From contig JAYWIR010000030.1 in the NCBI GenBank assembly GCA_036172245.1, forward strand, positions 1,240,001 to 1,304,000: 64,000 nucleotides of DNA, given 5' to 3'. The position numbers and the translations under genes were made by a program. Below the pieces are notes generated by a model that did not search any database, was not told where the DNA came from, and saw only the letters and a program-made list of their open reading frames with translations. Source of the DNA: Raillietiella orientalis. Its lineage: Eukaryota. Within the stretch, counting starts at the first letter, position 1. Every line of letters begins with the position of its first letter. This document shows, one piece after another, positions 1-12,300 of the stretch.

Positions 1-904
1 ATTATGGTCTGCAAGTGACGAAACGGGAAAGAGACGGGGGAGTTTTGGGACGAAATTCGACCGGAAGGAGCGACGCGAAGACACCTTCCGGGAAACGGCT
101 GCCATCATCCCGTTCGACGGCTTCCCGGCGGCGCGCGTGCGATCCGACTGCGATCTTCCGAACACCGCGTCCCAGCCACGTTGCTTGCCGCACACGATGA
201 TTGATCCACACGGCGGTCGAGGCGTGCACAGATGTTTTGGGGTCTCGAGGAACAAAAACACTTGGGAGGAAGGGTGGAATTGCAGTTCCATTTTCCATTT
301 GATTTTGGAAGACGCGATTCACATTTCCGACGAGGGAGGAAGTAGGGCCGGGAAAACGACCTCTCTGGAAGCAGGGAGCAGCACGAGTGAATCGTAGATT
401 GAGCCATCAGGGAAGGGTGACGGTGTTTGGTCTCGCTCTCGCTTACGCAGTGGAGTGCTTTCTCATTTTGAAATTCTTCCCGTTCTCTTCCATCGGAGAA
501 AGATGGGGCAAGTAATTGCATCCAGAGTACGTCAGCGAAATCTCATTGCTCTTATGAGAGGGAAACGCGACCGGACACTTTTGTTTCGTTGGGGGCAGAA
601 TGGAACATCCGTCTTGGGCAGGAAATCCTCATTCCCTCGGTCTTCTGCCTCGACGGCAACTGTTCCGATGGAGGACACGAAGGGTGGGTGGGGCACAACC
701 GAACCCGTTTCAAGCACAGCGTTGACTGCGCATCCATCAAAAGCATTCTTGGGACAGTCTTCTCCTTCCAGCGCATCCAGACAGTGCCCGAACGAGAGGA
801 TTCGATTCCTCTCAAAGGCTACCAGCTTGAAGATCCGACTTTCCGAGGATTCGATCCGAGCACCCGAAAACGTGGTGTCGGGATGAAGAAACTTGGGTGC
901 TCAA

Positions 905-937
905 CTTTGGTTGGTCGTTAGCATGCCTTCTTGCGGT
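905..937. repeat. 33-bp direct repeat, copy 1 (copy 2 at 1629-1661)
   Basis: ctttggttggtcgttagcatgcYttcttgcggt occurs at 905-937 and 1629-1661 with 1 mismatch. Confidence 0.9.
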
Positions 938-1329
938 GATTTCTGAGGGACGCGGTGCGTGCCTTGTGATGTGCAGGTGAATGCCCGAAGACACGCTCTC
1001 AAACCGTCCTCAGCGTTCGTTCGTGCACCACCACAGAGGAGGAGTGCCAAGCTCGGGTCACCAAGCCAAAGTCGAAGCTGAAGCCGCCAGCGGGTGAGCA
1101 CCGTTCCATTGCGGCGCCAGCTGAGAAGACGCGGAACCAATAACGGAAGGGCGTTGCGAGACACGTGGAATTTCGGCGGATTCCCGACATTCACGGCTTT
1201 TCGGGTGCCTCGAAAAGGCGACGGCGAAATCGGTAGAGACGTTCTCACGACGGGTATGCGAAAGCAAGCTGGAACAGAAGTTCCGTAGCTGCGGACCGAT
1301 CTTCTGATGCGATGGGAGTTCGATGGTTG

Positions 1330-2760
1330 CAGATTTAGGTCTAAGAGGTCCCATGTCTTACCGTTCCCCTTTGATTTTCAAGTCTTCTCTTAGTTTGCCT
1401 CTCCCTGCAAGAGCCAATCGCCACTTCTGCAAAAGAAGACGTGGATTCTCCAAACGGGCGTTCAATCCCGAGGACTGTCGTTTCGTAGTATTCCTGTGAC
1501 CTCCGTTTCATCTGAAATTTCACGGGAAGCCTAAGGAAACCAAAAAAAGAACCTTCGGGGAAATTTATCAGGAGACATCGCACGCTCTTCCCGGAATCTA
1601 AAATTCAGAAAGATCATCGGAAGTGCTCCTTTGGTTGGTCGTTAGCATGCTTTCTTGCGGTATTCTTTCAGCTTCGGTGAAGATTTTGCCTACAGATATC
1701 CCTGCAGACAATGGAACTGATTAAGGAAAACTGCTTTCGGGCAAAACTCGCACAGCAGTAGCCATGTCCTTAATGCTATTCTGTGTCCTGGAATGCATTT
1801 CGCCGTTTATGCATGCTTTCTGTTGTTTTCCACAAGGAAACATGTCTTCGGCGAAGCAGCCAGGGAATAAATTCCCAGATTTCTTCCAAGTTTCGGATTA
1901 CCACGAGAGTCAGACCAGTATGGGGGAGATCCCTTTTTTGGTTCTGTGGTTGTGTGCACAACATGTTTCTCCAATCGCAGAGCATTCCACCTCGCTGTTA
2001 GCTCCTGGATCATAGCAAGGCAATCCATTACAAGCTGACTCCCTACTCTGATGAAATTCGAACCAGATAAAACCTCTGGATGCCTTGCGCACTGAGAATG
2101 CTTCAGATATGCAGCCTTGCTGGCTTCCGCTCTGTGTTTCGGGGGGAGGGGGGGAGGAGAAAAGGATTGTTTCCCTACGAAGTATGGTTTTATTCCCTCT
2201 GGAGCATGGAACAGTGCCTTGGAGGATTTTGTTTTTATCTTTTCCAGATCTTCTTACGCCATACGTTCGAAAGAGTTGGAATTATTCTTTAGTGGAAGAA
2301 CGGATGGGTACTTGCAGTGCCTTCGAAGGGCCAAAAGCGTAGTTTCGCAACAAGACGAGTGGAACTCTCTGAGTATCTGGATGCACAGTGCTGGATGTTC
2401 TCTGCAGTTCAATCAAGGGCTGGGACAAGAGAAAAAGCCCGAGATCAAGTGAACAACGTGGAAAGGAAAAGACAGCACCTTCGAAGCATGCAAGACTTTG
2501 TAACAGGTGCTGAATAACCACCGAAGCAAAGTCTTTAAAGGCACTCTAGCAATTGCTGTTGGAGAGACAGAGATCCTAGAATGGCTTTGTCTCACTTGGT
2601 CCATGATTCCTTTCTGCTTCGAAGTTGGGTGGAACCCCTTCGAGCCGATTCGGAGCAAACATGCAGTGGTTTTTGCCTTTCAGCGAGCACTTTCAGCAGT
2701 TTCATTGAGGAGGCTAACTGCCTCCTCCGTGGCCTGCCACGATCCACCATGAGTCGCCAT
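1330..2760 (-). mobile_element. Decayed Penelope-like element (RT plus GIY-YIG relic), upstream of the first visible GluCl exon
   Basis: Frameshifted minus-strand pieces occur in PLE order: 'SRISVSPTAIAR' (MGSPLSP.LAN-like), 'STVHPDTQRV' (N..HP.I.FT-like), 'KKGSPPY', 'VFLNQFHC..SVGK..KLKEYRKKH' (GIY-YIG-like) and 'YYETTVLGIE..EVAI..ENQRG'. Motif recall only. Confidence 0.4.
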
Positions 2761-3149
2761 ACCAGGTAGCCAGCTCGTCCCGTAACCCTGACGCAGCCCA
2801 CTCTTGCTGTCTCGGTGCGATCGTCTGGACGCCGCGCAAGTTGAAGAGAGTTCAAGCGCGCGTCATCTCGCGTCTGAGTGAAACTGTCAGTAGGAAGCCG
2901 CCTGCGGGAAAAAATGTCCACCTTCCTTCCTTTCTTTTAGTCCTGCTGGTTCGAAAAGATCGCTTTCCTCCCTTTCTGTTTCCAGAGTTCCTTCGTTCCC
3001 TCGGCTCTTCTCGTTGCGAAAAAAGAATTGGGCAGCCTCCCTCCATACTCCGGTCTGCTCCTTTAGACACGTGCGTCTGAGATTATTGAAAGTGATGTAG
3101 TAGCAGATTAGGTATCCACGCTCCCTCGTGCCGATGGAGCAATCCCTGG

Positions 3150-4300
3150 TGGATGCTTCGGGCGAAGAAAGTGGAACCGATCGGCGCGCGCTACCACAAG
3201 TGCGGATCTCACAGCTTCCCAAGAGATTCCTCGATCTCCGCCTCGTTCTCTAGAAAGAGCGGAAGAGCAGATGCTTTGGTTTCGGCTTCCTTTCTCAGGA
3301 GAAAGGAAAGGGGAAGAGTAAAACGGGACGCAGCCCGTCTCCAGAGGTGACGGACGAACTCATCCCCACGCCGTCGTGGGGTCGTGGGCTCAAGGAGGAG
3401 CGTGGTTTTGGTTCGAAGAGTTGCAATGTTGTACGAGGCTCAAACTCCAGCCTGGAGGTTGGACGAGGGAGGGTGAGCAGCCTGAAGGCGAATGGATGCT
3501 CGAGTTTCTTATCTGGTGGGAAGTGTGGCTCGGCAGAGCGGAGTGATCGCTGCTCTGAGCTCAAGCGGAGAACTTCCGAGCATTCGTCTTGGGCTCGAGT
3601 ATCTTGGAGTGCTCTAGTTCCATCTCCGCTGGAAAGCAAGAGGGAACGGCTTTTCCGTCTCGCAGCATCACCTAGGTGATGGAGGTGCTTCGATGAAACA
3701 GAACCAAGCTTTCAAATCAAGCGTCTTCTTCTTCCTTGAGAAATGTAGCGGAAGAATCGACTAGAGGAAGAGGGCCAAGGTCGGACACTTCGGATGCCTG
3801 TGCTGCTTGTTCGACCTCGGATGAACCAAAGTCACTTGACTTTCTGGAAGCGGAGCGAGAATCGGTCTACGGAAAGGGCGTGAATCTCTGGTCCAGGGTC
3901 GAGGAAAGGAATCGCGGCACGGGCTATAAAAAGCGACCCTTGCAGCTGACCCTGTGTCCACTGCATTCATAAGTCTGTTGTCGAAGGCCTTGCCCGACAA
4001 ATTTTAACCAGCCAAAGACGCTTAGTGCTAACAACCAGCTACGTAGAAACTTCCGGGTTTTCCCGCCCCTCTCAAGCGAAAAGTAGAGTTCGTCCGAGAA
4101 TTGGTTGTGTGGCTGCACGAAGAACCCGAAGCACCCAAATAATAGAAGGCGCTTTTTAGCTCCATCTATGCGTCTCCGTCTATCGAAATTTTCCACAGGG
4201 TGTAAGGAGGGTTCTCTGAGTCCGAAGAGGCTCCCGTTTTGCCATGTGTCAAGCATTAGGCAAGAGCAGTTTCCCATAGGGAGGAGTTGGTTCGATCGGT
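3150..4300 (-). mobile_element. Highly decayed LINE RT relic (CR1/L2-like)
   Basis: The minus ORF 3295-3639 ends 'RSSLSPRPHDGVGMSSSVTSG', resembling SYL..R.Q.V...S..VTSGVPQG. Weak. Confidence 0.25.
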
Positions 4301-4504
4301 TTCACGGCCCGCTTAGAAAGGAAGGTCAGACAGGAGCCAGCACGGCAAGCGATCTGGCATTCGACATCGGCATTTTCATTTCGTACAGGATAAATTCCCA
4401 CTTCGCCATGGGAACTCTCGATTCCCATCGCAAGTCATCGTGGCACGAATGCTTTACGTGTTGTCGTTTACTGCAGACACGCCCGGTTAACGTGAAAACA
4501 AATG

Positions 4505-4822
4505 CAGTGGTACCTCTCCACCAGTCGGTCATGCGTTCCGGAACTCGCGCCGAGTGCCGAGACCGACGAGTACCGAACGCATTTTTCATATAATCGCGAT
4601 GGACGCTTAAAATACACTAAAAGCACACAAAAAAGGAACGATTCGGTAGACACTCTTTCGAAGTGTTGGGCGCTGTTCGCGGTCTACCACGAGACTGAAG
4701 TGCTCACTTGTTTCATTACGAGAGTGGGGTGTCGAGTTCCGAGCATGCTCCGAGTGTCCACAAAATGCGACGAGTACCGAGTTTGACGAGTTCCGACACC
4801 GCCGAGTGCCGATGTACCACTG
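4505..4822. mobile_element. Tc1/mariner (pogo/Tigger-type) MITE, copy 1
   Basis: TIRs CAGTGGTACCTC ... GATGTACCACTG, flanked by TG/TA (decayed TA TSD). Subterminal CGAGTNCCGA repeats. Homologous inverted copy at 35665-35992. Confidence 0.85.
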
Positions 4823-5073
4823 TACAGCCATCGAAGAAGAACTGCTGAAGACACGTTGCTCGCGTAAACGTGTAAGCACGGTTTCGCGACCCACTCGGAT
4901 CTTCTTCGCAGCACATTCCGCAGAATATGAAAAGGGCCATTTTCCCATTCGATTTAGCTACGCTTTAGGAAGAGTACTTCCTTCCGCGATCGGCCTGCAG
5001 AGACACTACGGACGGTGACTCTCGTGTTCATTTTGCCTTGAAGCTGCTGAATGTCTCATGACCTGATTTCCAG

Positions 5074-5227
5074 GACAGCTGAAATACCTCACTCTGACGG
5101 AACAGCATAAAGTCTGGATGCCGGATCTGTTTTTTTCGAACGAGAAGATGGGGCACTTCCATGATATCCTCATCCCCAATCTGTACATACGAGTGTTCCC
5201 AAACGGCGAAGTTCTGTTTAGCATTAG
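5074..5227 (+). CDS. GluCl: GluCl subunit, internal exon (loops A/E): QLKYLTLTEQHKVWMPDLFFSNEKMGHFHDILIPNLYIRVFPNGEVLFSIR
   Basis: ttccag acceptor and gtatga donor. The WMPDLFFSNEK motif is typical of arthropod GluCl. Phase matches the next exon. Confidence 0.95.
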
Positions 5228-5337
5228 GTATGATTTCTTTGAAGCAGATAGCAAAAATTATAAAAGGCTTGCAGTAGCAACGTCTTATTTGATTTAACCT
5301 ATCATTTGATTGCAATTAGTTCAGAGTACCCTTTTAG

Positions 5338-5420
5338 GATTTCATTAACTCTGGCCTGCCCCATGGATCTCAAATTGTATCCTCTAGACAAACAGATCTG
5401 TTCTCTTCAGATGGCTAGCT
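5338..5420 (+). CDS. GluCl: GluCl Cys-loop exon: ISLTLACPMDLKLYPLDKQICSLQMAS
   Basis: ttttag / gtaagt junctions; 83-nt exon carrying the C-x13-C Cys-loop. Confidence 0.97.
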
Positions 5421-5919
5421 GTAAGTATCCTTCGGTATTATTCGGAAAGACTGAGAATTTCTGCAAAACCGAATTGCATGGGAACGCGCTATTGCATATG
5501 AATAGGCATTCCCTCGTTTTTTTTTCTTTTTCCTTTTTTTTCTTTTTTTGAAGTTCCCCGTCCCCATCCTTGGTGATTAAAATCGTGCTTATCCTGCCCC
5601 GGGCGCCATCGGTAGACGGGAAGCGTGAAATAAGAACTGATGTGAGACTTCAGCGTCTTTTTTGATGATGTCAACTTTCGGAGCTCCATGCAGCTCGGGG
5701 ACGCAAAGTGCTTATAGCAAATGTTTTAACATATAACTTACACGAATAAATTACTGCTTATTAGTCACCGTTCGTTGCACTCGCATAGAATCAACGAACC
5801 GTGTTCCTGAAAGTCTACTATTAATTATTTTCATTGATTTTTCCTTCAAGTTTAGAGAACTTTTTTTTTTTTTTTTTCAAAGCAGCACTTTCAAATTTAC
5901 GAAAGATTTCCATATTCAG

Positions 5920-6051
5920 ATGGATGGACAACGGAAGATTTAATATTCCTCTGGAAAGAAAATCCAGTCCAAGTTGTTGATAATCTACATCTACCTCGAT
6001 TTATTCTGGAACAATATAACACTAGCTATTGCAACAGCAAAACAACCACAG
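5920..6051 (+). CDS. GluCl: GluCl exon (loops B/F/C): YGWTTEDLIFLWKENPVQVVDNLHLPRFILEQYNTSYCNSKTTTG
   Basis: ttcag / gtacga junctions; contains YGWTT, LHLPRF and YCNSKT.TG motifs. Confidence 0.96.
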
Positions 6052-6849
6052 GTACGAAATTTTCCTCCTTCCTGACTCCCGGCGTTGTCTGTGAGCCTGG
6101 TTTATAAGTCGTGCGACCTAGAGGTCAAACTGGCACAGCTTTTCCTTGGGCACGAGACCATTCCGCAACCGAAATTGTTTGCTTTGTGGTTTGAACGACT
6201 CCTTAATTTCGCCTTCCCGTGTTCGGCGTCGGAGACGAAATTGCAGCAACTTCATGCCGAAGACGTACTGCTTGTTCGCTCTTCATTCGTTCGTTCTTCA
6301 AGCCCGCATCCCTCGTTGCTAGGAAATCGAAAATCAAAAATATTTCCCAGAAGGAACGGAACAATTTCCCGGGAGTAGACTGATAGAAGCTGCAGGCGCA
6401 CGACTTCCCAAGCAAAGCTGCTATCGATCTACTAGTTTTCTAGTGGTTCGCAGGGCAATATTGCGGATGATTTCCCTACCAGGCATAATTTCAAGGGCTG
6501 CTTCTAGTAATTTTGCAGCAAAGAAGACTTTCATTACCTTCGAGAATGGAGTCCAATGGGATGACCTACCCAAATCGCATCTGTCGTGTGCACTTTCTCT
6601 GCACAGTAGGAGAGAACGAAAAAAGAGAAAGAGAAGCAGTTATGTCTATCTGAAATCGCCTGCATCTGAGCGATAGCCTTCTTCATGTTTTCCTCCTCTG
6701 ATGAAAACATTGATGAAAACCTGCGCCAGGGATCAGCCACCAAGAGTTAGCAGTTTGGCGCTGCGTGACCCGTCTCCTCCTGCACCACTGCTCTGCCGAA
6801 AATCGTCCAAGAAATGCCCACCTAAGGACGTTTATAATTCACCAAGTTT

Positions 6850-7450
6850 CCCTGATTCGAGTCACTTCATTCGCTCTTCCTCAGGCGATTTTTCTGAACG
6901 TGACGGTTTGCTTCAACTTTACGGATAGTGCGATGTAGGGAGGTGCCAGTAAACTCTCCTCAGATGGCCCGTTTGGTGTAGAGATCTCTTATGGGTCCAT
7001 CACTCCGAGTTTACTGACTGCTGAGTGCACCAGGGCTGATCGAGACGCTTCAGCAACTGTTTGTCTGCTCAAACAAGATCAAATTTTCGTATGTAGACAC
7101 TTCGCTTTACTCGTCAACCGCTTGCTTGCCTTCCTCATCGAGACATTTGGACCACGAAGAAGGAAAGGAGAATCTGCTCTGACTGTGTATATATCTGTGC
7201 ATCCACATCGAGATGATCTTGTAAGCACACAGAAAGAATCTTGAGGAGTGAGATCAGATGTACTGAGGAGAATCGCGAAATGTTCTCAAACGATTTTTTC
7301 CCTTCTGCTACTCTGATACTTCCGTCTGTGGATCTTCACTTGCCAAAGTCTTCAACGGCACTGCAGTCTTCACAATAGCAACCTTCGAGCTTGCTGCGGC
7401 GATGACGTGGACCCTTCCTTTGTGTTCCTCAATGTTATCTCCACACTCCT
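6850..7450 (-). mobile_element. Decayed RTE-like RT relic in GluCl intron
   Basis: Frameshifted minus-strand similarity to RT domains 1-3 ('AVKIHRRK..EHFAILLS', 'VYIRKF..SKLGV'). Weak. Confidence 0.25.
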
Positions 7451-7995
7451 AGTTCTCAGTGAAATTTTTTTCTTGAGCTGCCACCTATCTCCGGAATCTT
7501 CTTCCTCTTACGTGCGCCATCGCCTCTGTTAGATTCCTTACTCCAACCACTTGGTCCACTTTCTAAGAGGCTCAGGGATCGAGCTTTCCCCTTCTTCGAG
7601 GCAGGATGTGCATTCCGACTGCAAAGAAGAAGCAATTCCTCGCTTCCAGTGAGTCCGCAACTAGCAGCAGAAGGAAGTTCTGGATTTCCGGTCGCCTTAA
7701 TTTCGATCAGTAGAGGATTCTGTTTCTTGTTGTTCCTCTGGGTATTCCAGCATCTCTTTGACCTCAGTTTCCTTCGTTTTCTTTCCATCCATACCGTGCG
7801 TGCTGACTCAGCATCAGGTAGCTTAGCTGCCACGAGGGAGGCAATATAAAACATTGCAAATGGAACAAGCGAAAACAGCTGATGGCTTCTCTGAAAGAGA
7901 GAGAAAGAAACAAAAAACAAATTAGAAAAAAAAGAAAAAAAAAGAAAGGAATTTTTTTCATGATCCCATGCTCTGATCAAGATCTTTCCTTCTAG

Positions 7996-8426
7996 GAGAG
8001 TACAGCTGCCTAAAGGTCAACCTAATCTTTAAGAGGGAATTCAGCTACTACCTGATCCAGATATACGTCCCGTGCTGCATGCTCGTCGTCATCTCTTGGC
8101 TTTCATTCTGGCTGGATCAGAATGCAGTGCCGGCCAGGGTGTCCCTGGGAGTCACGTCCATCCTTACCATGGCGACGCAGAACTCCGGGATCAGTTCCTC
8201 CCTCCCTCCCGTGTCCTATACGAAAGCGATCGACATCTGGACCGGGGTGTGCCTCACCTTCGTGTTCAGCGCCCTCTTGGAGTTCGCTCTTGTCAACTAC
8301 ACCTCGAGGTGGGACGTCGACGCGGAGTGCAGCAAGAAGCAGAGGAACACCTGGAAGATCGAGATGGGTGCTCCTTACGGCATGACAGGAAGCCACTTGG
8401 AGGACGGAAGCGCAGGATACTCCATG
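7996..8426 (+). CDS. GluCl: GluCl exon encoding M1-M3 and the start of the intracellular loop
   Basis: ttctag / gtaggt junctions. Reads EYSCLKVNLIFKREFSYYLIQIYVPCCML..., then PARVSLGVTSILTM (anion-selective PAR motif) and KAIDIWTGVCLTFVFSALLEFALVNY. Confidence 0.97.
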
Positions 8427-9086
8427 GTAGGTTGGCGGCAGTTGCGGATCTGCGAAGGTTCGGATGAGGGAGCAGGACGACTGCGCGGGCGGCAGAACCA
8501 CCGGTTCCCTGACCGCACGGGATCAGGGTCTATGAATCAGAGCCCGTCGCATTATCCCATCGGAGGGGGAACTTTCTTCTTAGGGGGTTCCTGCTTGACT
8601 CGAAACCCCCGGAACGCAATCAGGAATTCGCGAGAAAAGGGGGATTTCTGCCTGGCTAATGGCAGGGGAGGGAGGCTGATTTCCTGGACTCCCTTCTCCC
8701 TTCCGTTCCGCCGTGCGCCGCCTCAGTTGCGAAGGAAACTCTCGTGTAGGCTGGGGCCATGACACCGGCCTGCACGGAGACATCAGTGGGTCAGCGAGAG
8801 TGCTGGGAGGAAGACAGAAAACCTTCCTGCGAGGGTTCGGCAAGCACCTTGTACCCTACTGGGGGGAAAGGAGCTGATGTGTCCCTCCGATCCTTGGCCA
8901 CCGAATGATCAGCGTCCTTCCTTGCTTCGTGGAATCGCTTCTGCTCCCGAATCCTGTCTCATGAAAGGGACGTAAGTGAATGAGGAGAAGGGAAAGGGAA
9001 GGCAAGGTTGTCTAGGCAGCCTTTCCTACCATTCCTCTTCTAAAGGAAGCTGCTTTTCCTCCTTGGTCCTTCCCTTCTTGTTGCAG

Positions 9087-9305
9087 AAGCAGCTGAAGCA
9101 GTACGAGGACGCGTGGGATAAGAAGCTTCGCTGCGAGGTGCGCGTGCAGAAGGAGAAGGACGACAGCCAGAAGTTCTGGTTGTCGAGGATAGAGAGCAGG
9201 TCCAAGAGGATCGACGTCATATCCCGGATCCTCTTCCCCTTCGTCTTCGCCGTCTTCAACCTCATCTACTGGTCTATGTACCTGTTCCGAGGAAACTTCC
9301 AGTGA
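9087..9305 (+). CDS. GluCl: GluCl terminal exon (end of loop plus M4, stop TGA)
   Basis: Polypyrimidine tract plus ttgcag acceptor. Reads ...WLSRIESRSKRIDVISRILFPFVFAVFNLIYWSMYLFRGNFQ*, in frame with the previous exon. Confidence 0.95.
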   Translation, partial: KQLKQYEDAWDKKLRCEVRVQKEKDDSQKFWLSRIESRSKRIDVISRILFPFVFAVFNLIYWSMYLFRGNFQ

Positions 9306-12300
9306 CGAGGAGTGGACGTCCCTGCGAAAGGAAAAACCGTGTTCCCCTTCCATCCCCATCGCTCTCATCAGCCCCCTCTCCTCACATTTTCCTTCCTTTC
9401 CTCGCGTGCTTTCTTCTCCACCGAACCCAAGTGGAGGAGAAGGAGGAGGAGAAGGAAGACGCCGTCGACCGGGGAGGCGACGGGACGCTGCTCGGAAGGT
9501 TCCCTTTCCCCGTTCCCTCCCTTCCTTGTGCTTCCCTCTCCCCCTGGGAAGCCTCGCTGCTGCTCATCCCCTCGCAGGTTTCCCCGCGGCGAAGAGGGAA
9601 AGAGGGACGGGACAATTCCTCATGGCGGAGAGAGGCGGCGACAGTCGCAAGCGGCCGCCGCTTCGGTCCTCCCTGGCTGCTCCTCAGGCTCTGGTGCCAA
9701 TAACAAGTATTCTTTCTAGTTCTCCCTTTGCTTTCACTTGGAGGCTGCCGGCGTCCTCACGCTAGGTGGCCTCTGAGGTCGGCGGCACCCCATCTGACTG
9801 GGACGCTGCTCTTGACGAGCGGGCCAAGGAGGGGGCGGACGAATGGGGGAAGGGTGGAAGGAGGAAGGCGCTTTCCCGAGACCGCCTGCTTTCCTTAGCC
9901 GATGCGCTTGTGGGTGCATCAGTGACGCTACGTTCTGATGGCGTCCAGCAAATCACAGGGAGGGAGAAGGATCCAGGGATGGGTTGTCAATTCCACCGGG
10001 GATCTACCGCGGGGCAAGGGAAAATGAAGGTGAAGGGGAAGAGGAGAAGATTAGGAAGAAACATCTTGATTTCCTCACCTTTTCGAGGAAGGAACGCCAG
10101 GATGCTTCCCGATTGATCGATGCACGGGGGGGGGGGGGAAGGTAGACTCACTGCTGCTGCTGGTATCCCAGGGGGGAACAACGGCCGGCCTAGCTCGCAC
10201 GCGTTGCAGGTTTTTGGGTCTCTCTTGCCCAAGCAGCGAGGAGCGTTCATCGCGATCCGCATCCTGCCGCCATCCAGAGAGGCAGGAATCCCTTGCCAAA
10301 AGGAGTGTTCCCTGGTGCATTCCCAAAGAGATTGCCCAGCAGACCGTCCTCCTCTGCACCCTTCGCCGGCGACTGCGTGCGGTTGCACAGCCCAAATTCC
10401 CTGTCCGGGAAGCATGAGCTTCTTCCCAAAGGCTCAAGTACCCATCTCCTCTCCCCCTTCACTCGGGGTAGGTGCTGGGTGGACAGCTGTTCCTCTCGAG
10501 GGTGCAGCGATGCCAAGAGGAAGAGGTGAGCCGCCGGTTCCAAAGCCAGTTGGGAAGACCAAAGATCAAGTCTTTCCGTGCGCGATCTCCGAACTCTTGA
10601 CCTTCCCGGTGCTGACGAGAAAACCTGGAGAGGACAAGTCGCTCTCGGAGGAAGACGAAACAAAACAAAACAAAAAAAACGTTCAAAGAAACCGGGAGCA
10701 TGTGTTCCCTGAGGCGTGCAGCAGAAGGAAAGCTCTCCTCGACTTCCCTCTTCTGTTCTCTTATGATCCTGATCGAGGACTCCCAGGAACTCAATTTCCT
10801 CTAGGAGGGCACCGGGTTCTCAGCCCAACTAAGGGACGAAGAGGGTGAAAGCGAACTTGCGAGCTGAAGGCGATGTTCCCAGAAACATCATTCTCTAACG
10901 AAGCGGCTTCCCATTTTTGCCTGCAGGATTCCCTTTCATCGTTCCCTGGGAGAATGCGCGAGTAAAGGTGGAGCATGGGCAGGCGGATTGCAAGAGAAAG
11001 AGAACTGACATCCGAAGGTCCAAATTGCAGAACTGACCCTTCTGTTTCGAGAACAATGCCATTTCTCATTTTCCATCTCCCGGGGCGTCATCCGCATCGA
11101 ATCACGCTGCTATTCTTCGAGGCAGTCCATTACACTGGCTGCATTTGTGGCTCCTATCCTGTGGGGAACGTTCTTTCCCGAATCTGCGGCGGTTTCTAAC
11201 GAGGGTGAATCCCAAAGTGACGTCCTGCGGTCTTTAGAATCCTCGTTGTCTGGTCAGGTCAATCCTCTGGGGAACCTGTGAACTAAAGAGGGGGGGGGGG
11301 AAGGAACCGTCTATAATCGGGCTGAGGGCTGCAATAAGAACGTTTCCCTTTTCATTTGATGTTTTTGCACAAATACACTGTTTCTCACGTGCACGACGGC
11401 TACACGTTGCCAAGACGCTTTTTCATGATGGGGGAACTGGTTAGGAGCAGCAGGAAGCATGCAGTCCGCCAATACTAGCGACACCACACAGGGAAAGCTT
11501 AGGATAAGATTTAGACTGTGCTTTCCCATAACGAAATTTTCCAATGGTGATATGCGCGCCTAAAAGACTAAAAAATGGAAATTATCGATCCTCAGCGTGC
11601 TGACGGTGGTCATTTCCTGCGGGCTATCAGTAGATGTTTGCCATCAATGGCATACAGATGATGACTTCGAGTAGGGAGAATTATAAGATTTTGAAACTTG
11701 AGGTTATTACTAAGATCATAAGTTGAAAATTTGAAACTCGTTTCCTTCGGCAGCTAAGTGCAAAGCATCGTTGATTAGAGATGATTTTGCACCTATAGTA
11801 AAATACCCTTTCATTGGGACCAGGAACTCGAACGAAACTCTGCATGGCTCGGTACTCCGAGCAACGCCATAATAAAAATGGCAGTTAAAATACCCCTTAT
11901 TTTCTTGAGGTACGCTCGAGGGTTCAGATTGCAGCAGAGCTGCCACTTCACCACTTGAGTGGAATCATGCATTTACATAGAAGGATTTAGTAGTCCTTAG
12001 TACTAAGAAAGCAACGGGTATTTCAACTGTTTTTTTCATAAGGGGAACCGAGGAAGCAGCACCTATTTTTAATGAAGTCAGCAGATCATTTCCCATCCCT
12101 TCCACTCTTTATTCACTTCCTTCGGCACATGCAATGTTCAAATCTAGGGACTATGTGGGGGGGGGGGGGGGGAATAGAATCTTTAAGGGTAAAGGAAGAT
12201 CAGAAAAATCCTGATCCGAACCGAAAGGAGGGATCCTTGAGTACTCTGCTGTTGTCGCTTCTAAAAAACACCGAGTTTCCACAACATGGAAAAGGAAGAC

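Noticed and set aside
1..5073. Upstream GluCl exons (signal peptide, loop D)
   Set aside because: No RP/VN or loop D (FREQW-like) motifs with splice sites were found; they are presumably outside the window.
8427..8762. Extension of the 227-aa ORF beyond 8426
   Set aside because: Read-through into the intron. GluCl similarity stops at a gtaggt donor and resumes in frame at 9087.
11716..11790. Ankyrin-like 'ALHLAAEGNEFQIFNL' on the - strand
   Set aside because: A single short match with no neighbouring repeats; not distinguishable from chance without a search.
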